Source: a virus (Duplodnaviria; Caudoviricetes). From it: DNA of 32,253 bases. This document shows, one piece after another, positions 23,784 to 32,253 of this stretch. Positions within the stretch are counted from its first letter, which is position 1; each line of letters opens with the position of its first letter. The position numbers were made by a program, and so were the translations under genes. The notes below the pieces were generated by a model, which was not told where the DNA came from, searched no databases, and worked only from the letters and a program-made list of their open reading frames with translations. The stretch spans positions 1-32,253 of IMG/VR virus record IMGVR_UViG_3300017903_001739; one strand, 5' to 3'.

Positions 23784-25858
23784 TATATAGCCCCTCTAAA
23801 CTTGACGAGGCCAAGATTGCTTTCAAAGTCTCGATTAGCCTTTGCTACTTCTTGGGCAAGATTCTGTCTCTTACGAGCATCTCGCTCTCTTTTAATCTTA
23901 TACTTCTTGAATTGATTGTTAAATGTATTTGTAGTTACAACGATTGGGTTGCCGTTTTTCTTTAGGATGGGCACACGATTCTTATCAACCAAAATATACT
24001 CACCATATTGTTGGCTGGTGCGACCAGCAATGGGACTAAGAAACGCCTCCTGACGACCTTCCTTGCGACCAAACCTCCCAATAAGGTACTGATCGTCTAG
24101 CCCATAATCTTTTAACATTGAGTTTACCGTCCACTCAAAGTCATTATCGGCAGGGCCAATCTGTTCTGGCCCACCAGCAAAAAGCTCTGCATACTGAACC
24201 CCCTCCATAAAGCCTATAGTAGCTTCGGGAGTGTCAAAACTATAAGAGCCTGGAGGCATGTATTGTGAAGTCTTTAATCGTTCATCTACAAAGGAATGAA
24301 CCTTGTCCATAGCCATATCCAGGTTGTACTGACTAACTCTCATAGCCTCCATAGCAATAGGCAAAACTCGTTTTCTTTGTTGCGGCGAAAGTTTAGAAAG
24401 AGTTCCTCCCCGTTCAAACATGCTCGTCTCAAGAACCTTATCCATAATTTCAAAGGATGACTTGCCTTTAGTTGGGATCTCTTGCTCTTCGGCAGCATTA
24501 ACTATGCCCTGAATCATATTCGGGTCAGTCTCGGCAGCGGCAATCATAGAGTAGGCATCACGAATACTAGCATCACCATTTTGCAGACGATAATTGTTTA
24601 CAAAGTCCATGCGAAAGGCTTCTTTTTCACTAAGCCCCATATTTACTCTGTAACGATTTCCCTGGGAGTCGGTTCGTACAGAATTGGTTTGATGCACTTG
24701 AGCAGCCAAAAGAAGGTCAGCATCACTGAACGCCTGATGATCTCCAGACAAAACCCTCTTGTACATGCCCATAGTTCTGTCATCGTAACGACCAGCCCGC
24801 ACAAAAACCCTATTCTTTTCTTGGATGCTCATTGCCTGAAACTCTGGGCTTTCAGAAAGCATTTTCATTTGATCTTCTGTTATTGGCCCATCTGCCAGCA
24901 AAGCCTGACCTAACTGCACCTGCTTATCCTGTTGCAAGGCAAGTTCTTTAGACCTTGTGCTAACAATGCTTATATCAGCAGCGACTTGAGACTGATCTGC
25001 ATCACTAAGATCTTTTGCAAGAAGCGCCATCTCTGGGGAGATCTTTTCAATATCTTTCTGCCGACCAGTTGCAAAAGCAATCTGCAAAGCAGGAAGATCT
25101 TTTACTGGAACCTCTCCAATCAAAACACGGGTAGCTTGAAACCTAAAGTTTCTCTCAAGCTCTGCTATTGAATTATTTTTTTGCTCATCATCCAAAAGAG
25201 TGCTGGCTTGAATCTTTGATGTTGCACTATTCAGCAATCTGCGAGCATTATCAAAATCCTGTGCTCGTGTAAAAGACTGAATTTGATCGGCGGTTGTTTG
25301 TATATTAACAGAGAAAGCATTTATAGCATCAGTCTCTTGCTGTTGGATTCGATCAATAGCTAGTTTCTGGTAAACCCTCGCACCAGTTTGAGCAAGCGTC
25401 GCTGTTGCTTGATCAACATAATCCCCGCCACCAGACTCGCCAATCTGAGCAAGAGTTTCCTGCGTGTAAGCAGTCCATTGCTGATTAAATACATCGGGGT
25501 TGCCATTAGATTCCCTAGCAATCTCCGCAGCCCTAACAACGCCATCATTTTCTACAACAGTAGAATAACGACGTTGCAACTCCTCGCCCAAGGCTTCACG
25601 CCCATACCGCCCAAGAGACTTAGGAACATCAACTTCTGTAAAGTTTCCGTTCTCATCCTGAACGGATATTTTCTTAGCAATCGTTTCTGCTTCTGCGACC
25701 TGCTGTTGAGGCACTAGGTCGAACAATGCCTTAGACACCATAGATGCAGTCTGAGCTTTTTCAGCATAAACCTTATCCCGACCTACGGATGTGTTAGCGA
25801 CACCAATAGGACGGTTTACAAAGGACTGACCACCACGAGTTCTTTTAATCTCAACCAT
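23780..25858 (-). CDS. Internal virion protein, gp15-like position
   Basis: 692 aa, helical Q/A-rich; synteny. Confidence 0.65.
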   Translation of the reverse strand: MVEIKRTRGGQSFVNRPIGVANTSVGRDKVYAEKAQTASMVSKALFDLVPQQQVAEAETIAKKISVQDENGNFTEVDVPKSLGRYGREALGEELQRRYSTVVENDGVVRAAEIARESNGNPDVFNQQWTAYTQETLAQIGESGGGDYVDQATATLAQTGARVYQKLAIDRIQQQETDAINAFSVNIQTTADQIQSFTRAQDFDNARRLLNSATSKIQASTLLDDEQKNNSIAELERNFRFQATRVLIGEVPVKDLPALQIAFATGRQKDIEKISPEMALLAKDLSDADQSQVAADISIVSTRSKELALQQDKQVQLGQALLADGPITEDQMKMLSESPEFQAMSIQEKNRVFVRAGRYDDRTMGMYKRVLSGDHQAFSDADLLLAAQVHQTNSVRTDSQGNRYRVNMGLSEKEAFRMDFVNNYRLQNGDASIRDAYSMIAAAETDPNMIQGIVNAAEEQEIPTKGKSSFEIMDKVLETSMFERGGTLSKLSPQQRKRVLPIAMEAMRVSQYNLDMAMDKVHSFVDERLKTSQYMPPGSYSFDTPEATIGFMEGVQYAELFAGGPEQIGPADNDFEWTVNSMLKDYGLDDQYLIGRFGRKEGRQEAFLSPIAGRTSQQYGEYILVDKNRVPILKKNGNPIVVTTNTFNNQFKKYKIKRERDARKRQNLAQEVAKANRDFESNLGLVKFRGAIY

Positions 25859-26409
25859 TAATATAAAACCCCACCGCCAGTTTGACTTGATCTAGAAACT
25901 CCTGGCTTTGCTGACCCCACACCACTTGTTCCACCAGCAGTTTCCCTACCAGAGAAAATGCTTGAGTCAAACATTTGTGCAGTTGTGAAAGCCGCTCCCA
26001 AAAGGCTTTGACGTGCCATCTCTCTATACTGAGATCGGGCAGCAGCACCACCCGCAAGAACAGCCTGACGTTGACGCTCTACTTTTTCAGTTTCTCGCAT
26101 AGCCTGTTCATTCAAACGATTAATATCAGTTGAATACAAATCTTGTTCGCGTTTCCTCAATGCCTCAATGCTTCTACCCTCACGACCAGTTGCAGCCGCA
26201 GCAGCAGAGTTGTAAGAAACAAGATCCTGAAACTGCATCATCCTGTTTTGATGATCCTGTCTTGCAGCAAGGGCAATATCAGATTTAGAGCGCTCTAACT
26301 CTGCCGCTTGACGAACAGCTTCACGACGAGCTTGTTTGCCAGCCTTGCGATAAGCCGCAGCGCTTTGCATACCCGAAGCTAAAGCCAATGCTGCCGTAAT
26401 TTGCCACAT
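25858..26409 (-). CDS. Internal virion protein, gp14-like position
   Basis: Hydrophobic Ala-rich N-terminus, coiled coil, Gly-rich tail; synteny. Confidence 0.65.
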   Translation of the reverse strand: MWQITAALALASGMQSAAAYRKAGKQARREAVRQAAELERSKSDIALAARQDHQNRMMQFQDLVSYNSAAAAATGREGRSIEALRKREQDLYSTDINRLNEQAMRETEKVERQRQAVLAGGAAARSQYREMARQSLLGAAFTTAQMFDSSIFSGRETAGGTSGVGSAKPGVSRSSQTGGGVLY

Positions 26410-28670
26410 CAGAAATTAATCTCCACTACCATGCCGTTCACCTGCAAGTCGAAGGGAACAGACTGAGTAATTTTAACCGTAGGATCTTTCTTGATCCCAA
26501 TAAGCCTAAACTCCTTCTGACCAGTAAACTTTGATCGGTCGAGAGAGAAGTCATCGTTAACATTCCGCAGGATCATATTCTTGTCATTCACTGCAACAGA
26601 CAGCGTGTCAAGCAAATCCAGCGTTACCATATTAACCTTTCTTGGCTTGCCTGTCATCGTCTGTCCAGGTATCAAGACATCAATAGGATGCGTCTCAAGA
26701 ATCGGGTCAAACTGATAGCCAATGTATGCTGTGGTCAAACCAGCCTTGACAGCAGAAGCGTCTACTTCCTGATCAGAGTCGATATCAAACTCACCAAGAT
26801 AGTCTGTTCCGCTAACAACCTTTACAGTAGCACCATCTTCAAAAACAGAACTCACGTCAAACACACTAGCTGATCCGCTATACTCTTTACAGAAGTCCAT
26901 AGGCATATCTTCCTTGAACTCTTCCAAGTAGTATCGATCTGTACCGTCGCCCTCATCACGAACAGACACGCAAAACAAACGACGATCCACAGCGCACATA
27001 GAGTGGAACTTGCCAGGGGTATCCCACTTCATCCACCCAGCTTTCTTTTCTGCTCGGTTTGCGTAAAAGACAGAGATAGTGCCATCACCATTTACAAGGA
27101 ATATGTAAGACTCTGAGCGATCAAACCCACCGCTAATGTAAGCAGACTGAACCGGATCAAGCATTAGATGTGAGGCAACTGAACTTACATTGTCAGTATT
27201 ATAGGCTTGCTCTACCTCACTATAGAGGTATGAGCCAAGCATCTTGCCAGAAGCCTGAACGTACAGGGTTGCACCATCAAAGGGGTGTGGCGTTACATAT
27301 GATGAACCAAACGGAGTCTGGCGTTTGATTACAGCATTAGATGGCGTGATAGGCTGGTTAGTAAACGAAGGAATGTATGATTCAGAGCTTGCAGAAAATA
27401 TTTGCAAGTCACGATTAGATACCAAGTGCCGAATGTGACTGAACTCACCAAAGCTAGTACCCAAGTCAATCGCATCGTTAGCAGCCCCAGTCCCAATGTC
27501 AAAGTTAAAGAAGTTATTAGACTTGCTGGCCCAAACATGACCTGGTTGAGATGTAGTCCCCCCAAACCACAAACGCCCCTCATGAAAGGTTACTGCTGAT
27601 GGGTAGCCACGCAACGAAGAGTAAGACTGCTCTGCCCACTCAAATATAGGGTTGGTACTAAATATTTTTGTGCCACCCCCACCAATAGCGGAAGAGTTTG
27701 CAGAGTGACCACAATCGTACTCAAAAGTATTCTCATCAATAACAGCACTAACAGTTTGAGCGCCAGCAAGATTGCTACTACTAATCCCGCCAAGACCCGC
27801 AACATCACTACCAACCGTAAAGCTATCGCCTTCAGTAAATCCGTGATTCTCAAGTGTTATCCGAACAATCTGCAAGCCATTAAACACTTCCATGCTATCC
27901 GGCAAAAGTTCTCGATACAAACCACCCTCAGGAATGGTAACGGTTACTACAGTAGAGCTTGATCGGGCTGTGATCTTAACAGGAGTAGAACCCACCAAAA
28001 GGAATGTGCCAACATGCCCAGTCTCAAAGTAATCGGCACTCGATGTTAGCGTTGCAGTGGTGCTCGCAGACGATGTGCTGGGCGTAAGGGTTACGCCTTG
28101 GTTCTGAAAACTAAAGTAAGGTTGAAGCGGAATATCTTCCAACTTATTAGCATCATCATCTGCGCCAAGTTGATAGGTGTCAAAAGCAAAATCAGTAAAG
28201 GTAAATGTTGTGGCCCCAGTGCGGGTTATCACAAGAGGATCAAACGTCTCGTGACAAACCACCATTGTATCGCCTGAGGTTGCCATACGAAGCTCTTTTA
28301 GTATGGCGGTAGTCCATGGGCAGCTAGAAGATCCCGTTGCCCCTGTAGCGCGAGATATGGCCCCTGTAGAGGGGTCTATACGAAAGATGTCGATCTCATT
28401 ATTGCTAAACGCAAAGATGTATCGCTCATCATCCGAAAAGATAAATGGCTCAATACGAACCTCAAGCTCTTCATCAGAGTTCACCGTATTGTCGAATTGA
28501 TAAATATATTCAGTGCCAGGACGTTTCCTAACACCACCCTCACTCAACACCAGAAAGTTCCTGACCTTCTGAGCACTGGCTTGGTATAGCTGCGAGTCAA
28601 TACGAGATGAAAATGAAGGACTCGTTTCTCCAAACTGGAAGCTATTGAAGGGAATATTTAGCTTCGGCAT
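26409..28670 (-). CDS. Tail tubular protein B / nozzle
   Basis: SFQFGE.SP...N......GGVRKRPG, F.FS, GYPSAVTFHEGRLWFGG, beta-propeller-like; 753 aa. Confidence 0.88.
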   Translation of the reverse strand: MPKLNIPFNSFQFGETSPSFSSRIDSQLYQASAQKVRNFLVLSEGGVRKRPGTEYIYQFDNTVNSDEELEVRIEPFIFSDDERYIFAFSNNEIDIFRIDPSTGAISRATGATGSSSCPWTTAILKELRMATSGDTMVVCHETFDPLVITRTGATTFTFTDFAFDTYQLGADDDANKLEDIPLQPYFSFQNQGVTLTPSTSSASTTATLTSSADYFETGHVGTFLLVGSTPVKITARSSSTVVTVTIPEGGLYRELLPDSMEVFNGLQIVRITLENHGFTEGDSFTVGSDVAGLGGISSSNLAGAQTVSAVIDENTFEYDCGHSANSSAIGGGGTKIFSTNPIFEWAEQSYSSLRGYPSAVTFHEGRLWFGGTTSQPGHVWASKSNNFFNFDIGTGAANDAIDLGTSFGEFSHIRHLVSNRDLQIFSASSESYIPSFTNQPITPSNAVIKRQTPFGSSYVTPHPFDGATLYVQASGKMLGSYLYSEVEQAYNTDNVSSVASHLMLDPVQSAYISGGFDRSESYIFLVNGDGTISVFYANRAEKKAGWMKWDTPGKFHSMCAVDRRLFCVSVRDEGDGTDRYYLEEFKEDMPMDFCKEYSGSASVFDVSSVFEDGATVKVVSGTDYLGEFDIDSDQEVDASAVKAGLTTAYIGYQFDPILETHPIDVLIPGQTMTGKPRKVNMVTLDLLDTLSVAVNDKNMILRNVNDDFSLDRSKFTGQKEFRLIGIKKDPTVKITQSVPFDLQVNGMVVEINF

Positions 28671-29257
28671 TACGAGCGCCTTTCAGTCAGGAACCTCGAA
28701 GTCGTAAGTTTGCGTGTAGTCTGCTGCTGACTATCAGTGCTACGAGCCTTTGCCATGTAAACGGTTGCCTTAGACTCAAGCGCATCAGAAAGAGCACCAT
28801 CTCGTGCAATCGAAGTAGCAAAGATTGCGGCAAGCACATACTCCACAGCAATAACAAAGTAAGAAGGCCAGTCTGTTTCGTCAGCACGGTAAATATAATC
28901 AGCTACAACAACATCATTCTTAGATGCGTCGCTGTAAACCTTGTCGCCGTAAACGGTAAAATCAATCGGGTGGTCGTTAATCGTAACGGCATTTACCAAA
29001 AGAACTCCAGATGGGAGTTGGTGAGCAGTATCAAAACGACCAGTAGGAGCCGCATCAAGAGCAGATAGCTGGGCCTGATTAGTGGCAAAACGCCAGCGCA
29101 TCAGGGTAAGCTGGGAGCGAGCGACATCCTCATACATATTGGAAGCCACAAGAGCTTCAGTGGTGTCATCATTAAACGATGTAATAGGGTCAGCCCCGAT
29201 CAAGATCAGAGCGCGAGAACAAATATCGATTGCACTATTAGCAGCAGTAGAAGTCAT
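28670..29257 (-). CDS. Tail tubular protein A / head-tail adaptor
   Basis: IDICSRALILIG..PITSF, WRFA, LPS, YF..A motifs; synteny. Confidence 0.88.
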   Translation of the reverse strand: MTSTAANSAIDICSRALILIGADPITSFNDDTTEALVASNMYEDVARSQLTLMRWRFATNQAQLSALDAAPTGRFDTAHQLPSGVLLVNAVTINDHPIDFTVYGDKVYSDASKNDVVVADYIYRADETDWPSYFVIAVEYVLAAIFATSIARDGALSDALESKATVYMAKARSTDSQQQTTRKLTTSRFLTERRS

Positions 29258-29271
29258 ATCGTTCCCTAGTT

Positions 29272-29305
29272 AATAAATGAGGGGGCAGCGCAAGCCACCC
29301 CCTCA
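29272..29305 (-). terminator. Intrinsic terminator after capsid/decoration genes
   Basis: TGAGGGGGTGGC-TTGC-GCTGCCCCCTCA-TTTATT on the minus strand. Confidence 0.8.
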
Positions 29306-29310
29306 CCGCA

Positions 29311-29583
29311 TTATGCGTCAGTGTCAGTTGTTGGAAGCGTCAAGCCATCAACCACATCAATCGAAGTGCCGTTATTGGCATTGCAATATGTGATTTTCAG
29401 GTCTGGCGTTCCATCAATGTCAGCCATCACAATGATTACGTCGTACAAGCGGATCATGTCGATTGCATCAACAAAGTAATCCGGTGCGCGAACAACACTC
29501 ATTGCATCATCGGTCCGGTAAAACCAAAGGTTGTTACCCGAAGTCGTTGCAATATTTGAAAGAGAGTCAGCAGTGTAAGCCAT
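29311..29583 (-). CDS. Probable capsid decoration / minor structural protein (90 aa)
   Basis: Directly after the capsid gene with AAGGAG RBS, before the terminator. Confidence 0.65.
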   Translation of the reverse strand: MAYTADSLSNIATTSGNNLWFYRTDDAMSVVRAPDYFVDAIDMIRLYDVIIVMADIDGTPDLKITYCNANNGTSIDVVDGLTLPTTDTDA

Positions 29584-29598
29584 TAGTTACTCTCCTTC

Positions 29599-30414
29599 TT
29601 ATGTGTTGTTGTCACGGACTTCGTAAACACCGTTGTCGTCAATGACAACCGCACCCATGCTCATGTGAGAGACAATCAAGTGTGCAACTTTTTGCGGCAC
29701 ATAATTGACTTCAGTTTGAACATCGGAGCCAACAGCAAGACCAACAGCAGACTGGTGGTAAGCAATGTTTTTACCAGCAGTGATAGCCGAAGTTGAGAAT
29801 ACCTTGAAGCCAAGGAATTCTTTCATTGTCATGCCGCCAGCGAAAGGCAGATTCTGCTCACCAACATAGTCGCTCGAAGCAAACTCGTCGATTGCGAACA
29901 GGTCAGCATAACCTTTCGGGTTCATTGCCAGATAACGACCGCCATCCTCAGGAATGTCAGCAGCACCAAATGTTTCGAACAGAGACAGAAGGTCAGCTTT
30001 TTCCAGAGCACTGGAAGTGTCATGGATTGCAGTAGCGTTAGCGCCGCTATCCATAGCAGTGTAGATCACCTCGTCAGTCTTGCGACCCAGAGCATATGCA
30101 GCGGATTGTGCAACAGCTTGACGCTCATCAATGTTGATTTTGAGTTCGTCGAGCTTGTCGATGTATTCCGGTGCATAGTGATCCGTCAGCGTCACAGTTA
30201 CATTGCTGTGAGCCAGTTCCATGCCAGTGACATCAGCGTTACGGCTTTTCGTGTTTGCCGTGCCTTTGCCAATGATTTGGAATTTTGCAGTCGAACCAGT
30301 TACATTGCTTGCTTGACGTACGGTGTTGCGGAGCTTCGAACCCATACGCTGATAAGCAAGATGCACTTCGGTTTCGAACTGCGTGATAAACGCATTATTA
30401 ATGGTATTAGCCAT
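29599..30414 (-). CDS. Major capsid protein (271 aa)
   Basis: AFITQFETEVHLAYQ..GSKLR.TV, EYIDKLDELK.NID.R, AAYALGRKTD, FLGF; follows the scaffold, strong RBS. Confidence 0.9.
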   Translation of the reverse strand: MANTINNAFITQFETEVHLAYQRMGSKLRNTVRQASNVTGSTAKFQIIGKGTANTKSRNADVTGMELAHSNVTVTLTDHYAPEYIDKLDELKINIDERQAVAQSAAYALGRKTDEVIYTAMDSGANATAIHDTSSALEKADLLSLFETFGAADIPEDGGRYLAMNPKGYADLFAIDEFASSDYVGEQNLPFAGGMTMKEFLGFKVFSTSAITAGKNIAYHQSAVGLAVGSDVQTEVNYVPQKVAHLIVSHMSMGAVVIDDNGVYEVRDNNT

Positions 30415-30532
30415 AGTACAGTTCCTTAAAACAAAAGTTACAAGTTAGTTTCAGATTGCATGGTTATCCGCTCGACGCATCATCCAGTTATCCCATAAGG
30501 GGCTGTCCGCTTGATACGGGCCTCACGAAGCA

Positions 30533-30561
30533 ATAATGCCTGAAATATTATTTTAACGCAA
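30533..30561 (-). promoter_or_regulatory. Candidate sigma70 promoter for the capsid gene (TTGCGT-N17-CATTAT)
   Basis: 17-nt AT-rich spacer, immediately downstream of a terminator. Confidence 0.55.
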
Positions 30562-30590
30562 TAGAAAAGGGCGGCATAAGCCGCCCTCTT
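30560..30590 (-). terminator. Intrinsic terminator after the scaffold gene
   Basis: GGGCGGC-TTAT-GCCGCCC-TTTTCTATT on the minus strand. Confidence 0.75.
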
Positions 30591-30608
30591 CCATTAACCG
30601 AAAGGAAC

Positions 30609-31301
30609 CTAACGATACAGCTTTTGAAAGCCTTCGTCAACCTGTCTAATAAAACCTGAGTCACGTTTTGATGGATCCCAGTAACGCGGATCTTTCATCA
30701 TCGTTTCTAGCTCTTCACGACGAAGCTGCGCTGTGTTTGCGTCATCACCAGCAATGCTAGTTGAATCAATCATACCCATCAGGTGCTCAAGAAGAACAAT
30801 ACCCTCTGCGGTCTCACCTAGACGCAAGACCTCATTGCTCAACTCCTCTGGCACATTCTTCTGCGCCCAAAGAGAAACAGCCTCAACACGAGCACTCGCA
30901 TTGTCACCAAGTTTCTCCAGTTCAGCATCAAGATCTTGTGGCTCTGGAGCAAACCGAGCAAGACCTTCTTCAAACTCTTCTTGGCTAAAGCCATTCTCCC
31001 AAGCAAAGTTTGCCCACCATTCAACACTTGGATCAGACGCAAGCTCTTCAAGACCCTCAGCAAGCTGATAGTCTCCAGCAGACTCAGGGCGATTAGCAAA
31101 GGCTTCTGCTTCAATCTCACCCATGATGCTTTCACGAAGCTCTTCCTGACCCTTGCCCAGCTTGCTTTCCAGGCTGGAGTAGGATGTTACAAGATCTTCC
31201 GGTGTCTTAAACTTTTCAGGCAACCACTCAGGGCGGCTTGCCTCTGCGGTCGCTTCAGGTGCAACGCCTTCCTGCGCTACATTATCTGTTGCTTCACTCA
31301 T
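30609..31301 (-). CDS. Capsid assembly scaffolding protein
   Basis: RPEWLPEKF...L..SY..LE.KLG, acidic, C-terminal MKDPRYWDP; between portal and capsid. Confidence 0.88.
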   Translation of the reverse strand: MSEATDNVAQEGVAPEATAEASRPEWLPEKFKTPEDLVTSYSSLESKLGKGQEELRESIMGEIEAEAFANRPESAGDYQLAEGLEELASDPSVEWWANFAWENGFSQEEFEEGLARFAPEPQDLDAELEKLGDNASARVEAVSLWAQKNVPEELSNEVLRLGETAEGIVLLEHLMGMIDSTSIAGDDANTAQLRREELETMMKDPRYWDPSKRDSGFIRQVDEGFQKLYR

Positions 31302-31549
31302 TTAGATTCTACCTTTTCTGCATGTTTAATCCGTCGCTCAATCAGAGCAACAATAAAACGCTGACCTTCTAGATGACGAAGTTCAGCGTCACTAATGCCC
31401 CCACCAGCTACGGCATCTAGTGTGATGGATCGTAAGTAGCGAAGGACTTCCCGTCCCTGATCATTCAGGAACAGACTCTTAATGTTTCGAGATATGCGCT
31501 CGTCTTCCTCTTGAGGGCGAGAATACCCATCAATACCAATGTTAGACAT
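31298..31549 (-). CDS. Conserved small protein between portal and scaffold
   Basis: F....G.EVL.YLRSIT...LRHLEGQRFIV motif; coupled overlaps. Confidence 0.8.
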   Translation of the reverse strand: MSNIGIDGYSRPQEEDERISRNIKSLFLNDQGREVLRYLRSITLDAVAGGGISDAELRHLEGQRFIVALIERRIKHAEKVESK

Positions 31550-32253
31550 TACTGAATCGGTGGTTGCTGCTGTTGCTGCATAAGTTGCATGAGTTGTTGT
31601 ATCCGTTCCCTTTCGGCCTCATCCCTAATCAGTGATTCTGGAACGCCGAACTTCCTAGCAAGGTAAACGGCAGTCTCTTCGGAGTCAATAAGCATATTCA
31701 CCATCTCAGGCCCAAAGCGTCCACCAACAACTTCTAGGAAGCGGTCTACGGTTGTAATATCCTGATTAGCTTGTGCCTGTGCAAGAGGTGAGATACTACG
31801 GACTTTCACCTCACGACCATTGACTGTAGGCAAGTCAATACGACCCTGCTTTTTCAGAATGTAAACGACACGCTGAATCAAAGGCTGAACAAGCTCTGCC
31901 TGAAGGCGACCAAATGCAGAACCAATGCGGCGGCTCAAATCAGCCATACGTTCTGCAATCTCAGTAGCAGTAGCAGGGGTACGGTTTGGATCACCAAGCA
32001 TGTCATTGTACAGCGCACGCTTAATGTTCAAACGCATGTCGTTTAGAACAAGATTGGCAACATCGAAACGACCAGCAGCATTAACAGGCTGAAGGCCACC
32101 AGATCCAGGAGCCTTTGGGATAACTGTTCCTGGAACCAAGTTAATAGTGTCCACATTGGTAATGCCATCGTCATCCATTTGATAGATACCAGAGATTGCC
32201 ATCTGTGCATTTTCAAGGATAAGCTGGACTGTAAGGTTGGTGGTTTTGATTGC
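31549..32253 (-). CDS. Portal protein, 3' part (runs off the window end; overlaps copy 1 through the repeat)
   Basis: Same peptide as 1-378, then C-terminal PLIQRV...SPLAQAQ...poly-Q. Confidence 0.93.
   Translation of the reverse strand, partial: AIKTTNLTVQLILENAQMAISGIYQMDDDGITNVDTINLVPGTVIPKAPGSGGLQPVNAAGRFDVANLVLNDMRLNIKRALYNDMLGDPNRTPATATEIAERMADLSRRIGSAFGRLQAELVQPLIQRVVYILKKQGRIDLPTVNGREVKVRSISPLAQAQANQDITTVDRFLEVVGGRFGPEMVNMLIDSEETAVYLARKFGVPESLIRDEAERERIQQLMQLMQQQQQPPIQ
31876..32253. repeat. Terminal direct repeat / circular overlap, copy 2
   Basis: About 95% identical to 1-378. Confidence 0.95.

Noticed and set aside
1-32253. CRISPR array, tRNA/rRNA, integrase/att site, transposase, reverse transcriptase (DGR or retron)
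   Set aside because: No regularly spaced repeat-spacer array, cloverleaf or catalytic motifs seen by eye; the repeat mismatches are not adenine-specific. tRNAscan/Infernal were not run.

Overview
The window looks like an essentially complete, circularly permuted podovirus genome of about 31.9 kb, with T7/P22-like virion genes and a gene set resembling HTVC010P-type marine phages (inference). Bases 1-378 re-occur, about 95% identical, at 31876-32253 and split the portal gene. Two divergent arms start in a non-coding control region at 6481-6883. The rightward early/middle arm (6884-13742) encodes an ArdC-like protein, a Holliday-junction resolvase-like nuclease, a DnaA domain-IV-like HTH protein, a C5 methyltransferase, a YqaJ exonuclease, a Rad52/Sak annealase and an SSB; I see no DNA/RNA polymerase, primase, helicase or integrase. 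The leftward late arm runs terS, small basic ORFs, terL, portal, scaffold, capsid, tail, internal virion proteins, tail fibres, lysis genes and a metallophosphoesterase. Two observations stand out. (1) The peptidase-M15 endolysin has no start codon ahead of its conserved N-terminus and appears reachable by a -1 ribosomal frameshift at A_AAA_AAG at the end of the holin-like gene, with a strong stem-loop 6 nt downstream: a candidate programmed holin-endolysin fusion. (2) A ~310-nt imperfect inverted repeat at the divergence point would sequester the RBS, start codon and first codons of the first early gene, has a competing alternative hairpin, and contains template-strand GC-GNA-GC mini-hairpins, upstream of ardC. 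All product calls come from motif recognition by eye; no database search was run.
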